NCBI GenBank assembly: GCA_964016885.1
Contig: OZ024741.1
Coordinates: 228,842,001 to 228,906,000, forward strand
Direction: 5' to 3'
From: Eledone cirrhosa
Lineage: Eukaryota
Length of the DNA stretch: 64,000 nt
The notes below the pieces were generated by a model that was not told the origin of the DNA, did not search any database, and saw only the letters and a program-made list of their open reading frames with translations. This document shows, in pieces, positions 54,680 through 64,000 of the stretch (its first letter is position 1; every line of letters starts with the position of its first letter). The position numbers and the translations under genes were made by a program.

Positions 54680-55278
54680 TTGACGGCTTATCGTCATTGT
54701 TACTGTTCGAGGTTAAAGGACCACAGTCTTTCCAAGATCTGAGAACCATCAATGGCCATCGTTGTTCCACCTACCGTTTTGACATTCCAGATGCGTGGTA
54801 TGTTACACGATGACAGCCATTGGCACCTCACCCTGCAAGAAGCAGCAACAGCTAAAGTCTCTTCTCAGCTGCGAAAACCTTTTGCTATTATGCTGCACAA
54901 CTGCGATCTCACCGACCCTCTCGCAATGTGGAACAACAACCGCGAAAGTCTAGCTGAGGACATCCTCCACCGCACACGCAGACACAATCTGAACGTAACA
55001 TGTCGTTTTCAATGAGGCGCTCATTTGTCTTGAAAACAGTGTCCTGGAGATTGGTGGTAGGCCGCTAAGTCACTACAGCTTATCTGCTCCTGACATGAGT
55101 GTCCAGAGGTCAACATCTACAGAGCTTCTCCGCGAGACGAGCTACGAAATCATTGATTCTCCCATGGTCAATTGTATGTAGGATGCTCTCGGTTTAGCTC
55201 GCCAAACAATCTCTTCATCTTTGCTTCGGAGGGCGGAACAAAAAATATTGTATACTCTGTGGCTCTAACAATGTAATT
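54680..55278 (+). pseudogene. Internally deleted Helitron RepHel remnant
   Basis: LLFEVKGPQSFQDLRTING..GMLHDDSHWHLTLQEAA..QLR..LAEDIL joined to Pif1 helicase motif VI FSHGQLYVGCSR and C-terminal TKNIVY. Confidence 0.85.
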
Positions 55279-55576
55279 TAAATATTTTCTGTTACTTGGA
55301 ATTTCCATTATGGTTGTGCAAATTATTGTTTGTTAAAAAAGGTGTTCTCTGTTCAGCCTTTATTGTTGTAACTATCAATTTTCTTTAACGTACTGGCTGC
55401 TGAACTGGGGAATCCTAAAAACTATTCAAACCCAACACCAGAGCACGTTAACCCCCCTCCCGCTCCCTGACTTGAGAGTATAGGGGGGATTCCTGAAAAG
55501 ATAAAATGCCGGTACACCTAACCGGACGCCAGCCGGAAGGGCCAGAAAATATTATATATATATATATATTATATTA

Positions 55577-55680
55577 TCTCCGATGATCTAGTTAAGCAAA
55601 CAACGTATTTGAAATTGAGTGGAACTGCTTTAAGTGTTAAGCCATTTTTAGACAACTAAATCAGTGAAACAATTGTCAGA
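55577..55680 (+). ncRNA. Variant hammerhead motif (CCGAUGA core, ~80-nt stem II domain)
   Basis: tct-CCGATGA-tctagtt...aactaaatcagt-GAAA-caattg-TC-aga, then AATAAA. Confidence 0.55.
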
Positions 55681-55903
55681 CTGTAAATAAATCCCTTTTT
55701 TGTACTGTCGATCATGTTATTCTTCACTTTTTCAATTTTATTACTCCAAGATAAACTTACATAGGAATACAAGTGAAATCATAAACTCGCCACCTACGTA
55801 AACCTCTTGTTGGGTCAAACAGCGCCGTACGCTAAAACTATCCATAATACGAAGTATTCACAACCTCTAACTGGATTACCTATAACGATATTTTGTTATC
55901 CCT

Positions 55904-55994
<91 letters not shown>

Positions 55995-55998
55995 ACAT

Positions 55999-56048
<50 letters not shown>

Positions 56049-56344
56049 TAACAATACGTTAACACTTCACACAAAGTAAAATATTTTGTTTTAATCATTT
56101 TCTAACTCAGAAAAAAGAGAAAAAAATAAAAGGAAAAAAATATATTTTTCTTCCTAATAATCGCCTTTTTATCCTTATTTTCATATATACATATACACAC
56201 ATTACGTCAATACTCATCTTTTTCCATTTATCTGAGGGTTCTAAACCCCGTTATCAAGCTAAAATTCCTTTAGTCAAAAATACGGTGAAAGCTATATATT
56301 TTCTAATTTCAAACTCGCTCACTGTTTCAAAACATACTTACTTG

Positions 56345-56385
<41 letters not shown>

Positions 56386-56388
<3 letters not shown>

Positions 56389-57231
56389 CGGCTAAAATTC
56401 CCGAGATCCATGGACGATTTCTCTCCAGCGGTCCCTATCCCTCATTATCGCTGCCATGTCCTGCATCTCCAACAGACCAGTGTCTGTCCTTAGGGCATCA
56501 ACATACGTTAACCTTGGTCTTCCTCTTCTAGTGTGTCCATGTAGGGGCTCCCACAGGAGCACTGAGTGCAATGTCAACTCTGGATGTCGGTGAGCATGTC
56601 CAGCCAACATCATGGAGAAGATGGAGTGGCATCAGAGGTGATGAAGAGGTGTGATTTTGATGATATCATCCTGGGGTTCTGTAACGGGGCATTGGAGAAA
56701 GGAGTTGCCCCGAATCAGTGGAGGATCAGTAGCATCGTCCCAGTGCCAAAGAAGGGAGATCTCTCTAACACCAACAACTACCGGGGTATCTCACTGACGT
56801 CACTTGTGGCAAAGACCCTCAACAGGATGATTCTTAACAGGATCCAGCCTGAGATGGAGAAGAAGCTCAGGGACAACCAGAACGGCTTCAGAGAGGGTAG
56901 ATCAACCACCAGTCACATCCTGATACTGAGGAGGATATTAGAGGGAGCTAGAGCAAAGTGCCTTCCTGCGGTCATGGTTTTCATTGACTTTAGGAAGGCC
57001 TTTGATTCTGTGGACCATTACTGCCTGATGAAGATCTTACAGTCTTATGGAATCCCCAAGAAGATAGTGGACCTGATATCACTGCTCTACACCAACACCA
57101 AAGCCCAAGTCATTACACCTGATGGGATGACAGAGTTCTTTGAGATACTGGCTGGAGTGCTCCAGGGAGATACATTGGCTCCCTACCTTTTCATCATGGT
57201 AGTGGACTATTGTATGCGCCTTGCACTGGAG

Positions 57232-57233
<2 letters not shown>
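56386..57233 (-). mobile_element. RTE-clade LINE fragment with 5' inversion, in (TA)n
   Basis: C-terminus (LAGH..LLWEP..RGRP..TYVD) on minus 56392-56613 is joined to the RT segment ([31 protein letters not shown]) on plus 56614-57233. Confidence 0.9.
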
Positions 57234-57277
<44 letters not shown>

Positions 57278-57283
57278 AGCCGC

Positions 57284-57335
<52 letters not shown>

Positions 57336-59250
57336 GGACCCGCAAGAATACACCCAACAACTTCGATATCACCATGGGATCTAGTGATTCGACACAGGTA
57401 ACCGACTTAGTCGGCCTATTTCTCTTAAACGAAATACACAAGAATCTACCTTACTTCAACGGTGGTCTCTATCGAGACGACGCACTCTTCCTCTTAGACT
57501 ATAAAAAGTTCAATATAGAAAGAACTAGAAAACAATTACATAAAATATTTAAAAACTATAACCTAGGTATCACATTAGATAAAAACACCAAAAATGTTAA
57601 CTTCCTGGACGTCACTCTCTACTTAGGCTCTAAAATATACATACCTTACCATAAACCCAATGAAAAACTTTTCTATGTTAATACCATCTCTAACCACCCT
57701 AAATCTGAACTGACCTCAATCATTAAAGGGGTATCCAATAGAATCTTTAGCTTTTCTTACAACGAGAATACATTTAATCGTAACTCCCAATACTATAATG
57801 AAGCATTAGCCCGTTCCGGCCTTAGATATAACATTAAATTTAAGCCTTAATCGTCAACCACCCATAGACAACCTAATATAATTTCACACAACATGGCCAT
57901 GAATAAAGGTAAATATGATCTTAGTATTGAAAATCCAGACTCCTGTACAAAGGGCGCCATAAAAAAACTTAAATCACACCACATCAATAACCCTAAGAAA
58001 CACCACAGAAAGAAAAATATAGATATGAAGGAACCTAACACCACACTAAACAGTACTATGAATATCAACCATGGGAAGAATAGAAGAAGAAGTAGCACAT
58101 TTTTTAACCCTCCGTATCAACAAACATACCTAAAGCTTTCTTCTCTACTCTAGACAAAAACTTCCCAACTAACCATAAATACCACAACCTTTTTAACAAA
58201 AACACAATTAAAATATCCTACTCTACCACACCCAACATAGCAGACCATATAGCCAGCACCAACAAGAGAAAGATCGAAAAGTACTTCAAACTACACCAAA
58301 GTAATAATGTCCAGCATAGAAACAACCTGAACAACAACATAGTACAAGACCATACAACAAGTCATACTAATAATACAAATAGTAATAACACTCACCATAA
58401 TCATAACACTAGAAGTAGAAACAGAAACAACCACTCAAATGCACACCCACTTAACCAGTATACTAGTAAAAAAAAACAATTGTAACTGTAGGCCTAGCAA
58501 GACATGTCCATTAAATAAGAACAGCCTAATTAAAGATATTGTCTACTCCGGTACTGTAACCGCCAATCAGATCTCGAAAGTATATATAGGCTCTACTTCG
58601 AATAGATTTAAGACCAGATATAATTCACACCTTCATTCGTTCAGAAACCCTAAACTTCGCAACGTAACCTCAATATCCACATACATACACTCATTAAAAT
58701 CAAGTAATACACCATACACCTTAAAATGAGAAGTGATAGCTAAGGCCTCTTCATATAAACCACCTAACACATTTTGTAACCTTTGCATCCTCGAGTCTAA
58801 AAATATTATTCACTCTAACCTTAACCTACTAAATAGGAAATCAGAAATACTTCAAACCTAGCAACTAATAATAATAAAAATAAAAATAAAAATAAAGACC
58901 AATGTCGGAGATAACACTAAACCACCACCTTGTAATTTATCCAACTAGACCTTCATTTATCAAACTAGAACTTCATCTATCCAACTAGACCTTCATGAAT
59001 AAAGGACCACACCTTAATTAAAGGACTGCACTGACCTACATACAGTCAATAAACACCTGTTTGATCTATCACATTATACAATGAAAAGATTTAAATTATA
59101 TAGACACCCTAATAAATTCCCAATATACAACACCAACTAAACAGCAGACAACTGTGTATATAACTCCAATTAATCCAGTATATATTTTGCAACTCACTAT
59201 CCTGTCATAAAAAAACTTCAACTATCTCTACACAACCAGTATGTTTGCAT
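57336..59250 (+). mobile_element. 5'-truncated Naiad-type PLE (RT C-half, GIY-YIG, 3' UTR) between (TA)n tracts
   Basis: [73 protein letters not shown]. Confidence 0.9.
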
Positions 59251-59266
59251 GTATATATATATTGTG

Positions 59267-59750
<484 letters not shown>

Positions 59751-59775
59751 ATATATATATATATATATATATGTT

Positions 59776-59812
<37 letters not shown>

Positions 59813-61155
59813 TTAGAAATTATAAGCTTTCAGCGTATTTTAGACTAAAGAAATTTCTAGCCTGATAGTGGGGTTTATAACCCTCGGAGAAATGGAAAAA
59901 GATGAGTGTTGCCGTACATGGGAGTCGAACCCACATCTTACATGTTTACATTTATAATTTGCTTGTTTATATATATATATGTATATATATATGTGTGTGT
60001 ATGTGTATATATGTGTATGTATATGTGTGTATATATATATATATGTATATGTGGGTGCGTGTGTATATGTGTGTATAGGTGTGGGTGCAGATATGTGTGT
60101 GTATATATGTTTATACATTGTCGCACATATGTATATGCCGTATATTATGCATGCATATACTAACTATGTAAAAACTATCTAGTTATAATAAACTAAACTA
60201 AAATAACGTTCTTAACCCCCCCCCCCCAATCCACCCCCACCCCCACACACCCACAAGTTTAAAAGATAGCAATTATATAACCAAGAATATTTAATACTTT
60301 ATATTTTATATACTCTATATAATTCATAACACTACCACAATATTATAACAGCCCTTAATTTATCAACAACATTAATTACCCCCCTTTGTTATTAACTCCC
60401 TTTACAACTTCCTGTGTAAACTTATAAAATTAAGTAACCTAACGGTTTACCAACAGCTTAATAACGGTTAATACAAACCTTAGAAAAGGTAATTCACAGA
60501 TAAAAAATGCATAAGATAATATACCTACAATAACAACATGAGCAGTAATTTGGAGGAATTTACATTTAACAAACAAACACCTATTGAATATAAACGTCTC
60601 AAAATAATCCCATGGTTAATAGCTGTGAGTTAACAAACAACACATGCACAGAAATACGAACTACAACACAAAAACACTTAAATGAAAATCACATAACAAA
60701 CTCTATCTAGTGCTTTACATTACACCTTACATAACAAATACCTATATTATCACCACACGCCTCTCTAAAAAATTAAATGTTTATAACAAATATAACATGC
60801 TTTAACACCCCACACAAATTATCTTTATTTCAACTACATTATAACTCTTTCCTCATACATGCCTCATTGACTGTATTGACTCCTGCATTGTACACCTATT
60901 GTCCCTGCTTATAACTTCTTTGACTGTGTCTTTTTTGCTTGTGATTTTTTTCTTTCCTTGTGACTTTTTTGCTTGTGATTTTTACTTTTGCTTATACCTA
61001 TTACACTTCCAACCAGTGCTGCCTCTAATTGTTCAAGCAGAACATCTTTTTAACTCCTGAATCTCCACATGATGCCTTTGACACTAATAACAATTATGTA
61101 CTCTAAATGTTCTAAATGACTAGGATTCTAGTTACACGTTTTCGACATTCCTTAT

Positions 61156-61200
61156 GCTCCGATGATTCCAGAATTCCCTCTGGAAGAAACAATTGTCAGC
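61156..61200 (+). ncRNA. Variant hammerhead motif (CCGAUGA core)
   Basis: gct-CCGATGA-ttccaga-attccc-tctggaa-GAAA-caattg-TC-agc, then AATAAA and (TA)n. Confidence 0.8.
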
Positions 61201-61241
61201 TAATAAATGTTCTAAACTAAAATTTGATCGTTTTAACAGTT

Positions 61242-61298
<57 letters not shown>

Positions 61299-62267
61299 AC
61301 ATGTCTGTGTATGTGTGAGTATGTATGTGTGTATCCATTGTTTAACATATTCACGAATCCAAACGTACATAGATTCATACATGCGTATTTGTGTGAGTGT
61401 GAGTGTGTGTGTGTGTATTCGTTTGTGTTTGTGTGCGTTTTTGCGTGTTTCTGTGTGTGTGTGTGTGGGGGGGGGGCATGCTTGTGTATTTGTACACGCG
61501 CGCGTGTTTATGTGTGCATTGGAATATATGTGGAACAATGGATGTACATTATCTGAAGTAAGACTATGGTTTATCTTATTTACTTTAAAATATTTTCTAT
61601 TTAGTATGGCCCAATATATTTCTGATGTTGACAATAATTCAAGATAGACTATGTCTTGTCTTCTGGATGAAATAGTTTTAATAGTTTTAGTTATTTTCTT
61701 GTAAATTCAGTATTAAGGGAGAGGTGTTTTATCTGTTTCTTATTGCTTTTTGCTGAACTCAAAATGGTTTTCTGGTTAGTTTACATCAGATATCGTTCAG
61801 CCAGAGGAAATAATTAATAAGATAAACTCTAGTTCATTTATTGCAATGAAAAAGTTAACTATAATTAAGCAATACTCTGTCTAAATTGAACAGGAGTAAA
61901 CACTTGACCAATGATTAAATCTGATCAAAACTGGCAAAGGAGACAATTTTAAATGAGAAATACCCGAAACGTGTTGACAACACCGGAATGCTAGTAATTT
62001 GAATAAGTATGCGACGCGAGGAAATGGTTTGGTTAGTGTTAGTCTGTTAAGAGGTCGTGTCTTTATTTCGCGTTGTTACAGTTCACTCAATTGGGAAGAA
62101 ATTGTCACTGATGCCAAGCTGTCACTGATACCAAGCTGTAAAGGCCTTTGCATTTCTCTTGGGCAACATCGATAGTGTGGAAAGAGGAGACAGATGGTAA
62201 GATTGTGTGGTATATGTCTGTCCATAGTTGGAAATTCTACATCTACTGCTTGATCTTGATATTACTA

Positions 62268-62400
62268 AGGCAGCGAATTGCTAAATGTCATTAGGACTTC
62301 GTGTTCAAATCTCGCCGAGGTCAACTTTGTCTTTCATTTGTTGAGGTCGATAAATAAAGTGCCAGTCCAGTACTGGAGTCGATTTTTCCTTTATTTACCA
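62268..62400 (+). mobile_element. Decayed OK-like SINE
   Basis: gttcaaatctcgccgaggtcaactttg..ggtcgataaataaagtgccag. Confidence 0.7.
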
Positions 62401-62902
62401 CATTCTTTCTTTCTCTGGAAGAAATCGGTTGTGTTACGACCTGGAAAGCGATGGGCTTTGCCAGGTTTAAAATAACTAAGACTTGTGTCAGGACGGCGCC
62501 CCCTATGAATAGATCAGGAGTTAAAAGCTCATTACCTTTACATTCCATGATATTACTAAATTTCATTTACAAACTTGAGTTTCTTCAGTGACTTGCAGAA
62601 TTGTAATTTATTGATGAAGATATTTTTAATACCGAATTTTTTTTAAATATATCATTACTATTGGTTTATGATTTATGAACGCTTTTATAAATATGTTTTC
62701 TTGAAATTGTCTCTGTATGGTTCTACTGCTTGTTCTACTAAAATGTTTGTATAGCAGTTATTAGGTAGTACACACACATATATACATATACATACATATA
62801 TATATTATATATATATGTAGGAGGTGAGTTTTATTGTAGTACAATAAAGCAATGCAGATATCGGATAAGAAGCACTCTACAGTTTGTAGGACTGGAGTAT
62901 AC

Positions 62903-62987
<85 letters not shown>

Positions 62988-63218
62988 CGCCAGCACCAAC
63001 AGTTTTGAAGAGATGTCAACATGAATGGAGCTGTTATTTTCATCTAAGTTTATCCAATACCAACCCGCCCGTCCGCTCAATCTATCTTATTTCTCATTCT
63101 TTCTTCTGGTGAATGAGTAGCGACGGAAACGTTAAGACCCTCTCCCGGCTATATCAAGCGTTAACCTAATATATCCGTTGCATATAATGTACCGATTGTG
63201 TCGCTATATCTGTTTACC

Positions 63219-63305
<87 letters not shown>

Positions 63306-63483
63306 ATTTTAGACGAATTAAATGATATAAACAGACAAGTTCCGATCTTCAGCCGTCTATATCCAGCGTGGATATCCAGAGATATCACAGAATTCAAAGG
63401 GGATCTCAGATTTCGATATCTTAAGGATGCTACTGCCGCTAAGAAAATGACCATAGATTTCTTCTAAGTTGCATATTCTAAGT

Positions 63484-63561
<78 letters not shown>

Positions 63562-63622
63562 ACTTAGGGTCTGATACCATCAACACTATAAGCACAGAGC
63601 TGGCATATCTAAGAACTGACTA

Positions 63623-63678
63623 ACTGCCTGATGAGGTCAAAGCCATTCAATGGCTATCATCGAAATATATATACTAGT
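63623..63678 (+). ncRNA. Type I hammerhead ribozyme motif, stem I decayed
   Basis: actgc-CTGATGA-ggt..agccatt-c-aatggct..atc-GAAA-tatata-TA-ctagt, then AATAAA. Similar to 23175-23229. Confidence 0.7.
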
Positions 63679-63719
63679 AAATAAAGGATTATGAGTTCAT
63701 GCAATTGACTTATGTTTCG

Positions 63720-63754
<35 letters not shown>

Positions 63755-63855
63755 CTGCTTTCACCCTTAACGGGATCTTCTGAAACTTATATATTTGATA
63801 TATACTTATCTTTATCGAACCCTCTTTGGATTTTAGTCTTCACATTTATTATTAT

Positions 63856-63889
<34 letters not shown>

Positions 63890-64000
63890 ATAATAAAATT
63901 CCAAGTCTTCCCATTTTATCTTTGCGCTGACAATACAACTGAACAAATACGAATAAATAAGGAAAATGTGTTTACTCAAAAATATAGATCAGCATTATAT

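Noticed and set aside
58727-58729. In-frame TGA in the Naiad-type endonuclease as selenocysteine
   Set aside because: It aligns with the Trp of LKW seen at about 48690, not with a Cys. It is a simple TGG-to-TGA nonsense change.
59900-59950. tRNA gene on the minus strand (GTGGGTTCGACTCCCAT T-arm)
   Set aside because: Only the 3' half is present, with no D-arm or acceptor pairing. It is probably a SINE head fragment.

Overview
AT-rich, repeat-saturated animal genomic DNA, most likely an octopus/coleoid cephalopod (inferred from the SINE family and microsatellite load). The only host gene is the first coding exon of a Six4/5-class homeobox gene (2843-4926, +; ETVY-type homeodomain after about 510 aa of homopolymer-rich sequence). 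No convincing second exon follows in the remaining 59 kb. The rest is (TA)n, (CA)n and (AAT)n microsatellites, tRNA-derived SINEs, non-autonomous Helitrons plus a RepHel remnant, a near-full-length L1/Tx1 LINE, R4/Dong-like and RTE fragments, and several Penelope-like (PLE, mostly Naiad-type) RT/GIY-YIG remnants. The main hidden signal is that many 100-450 bp islands between (TA)n tracts are miniature head-to-head fold-back PLE ends carrying type I hammerhead ribozyme motifs. There are more than a dozen near-intact motifs from many families, nearly all with palindromic helix III. They include a recurrent CCGAUGA/CAAUUG core variant. In one family the fold-back axes fall on the ribozyme's own hairpins. 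All structures were read by eye; no folding, alignment or database search was run.
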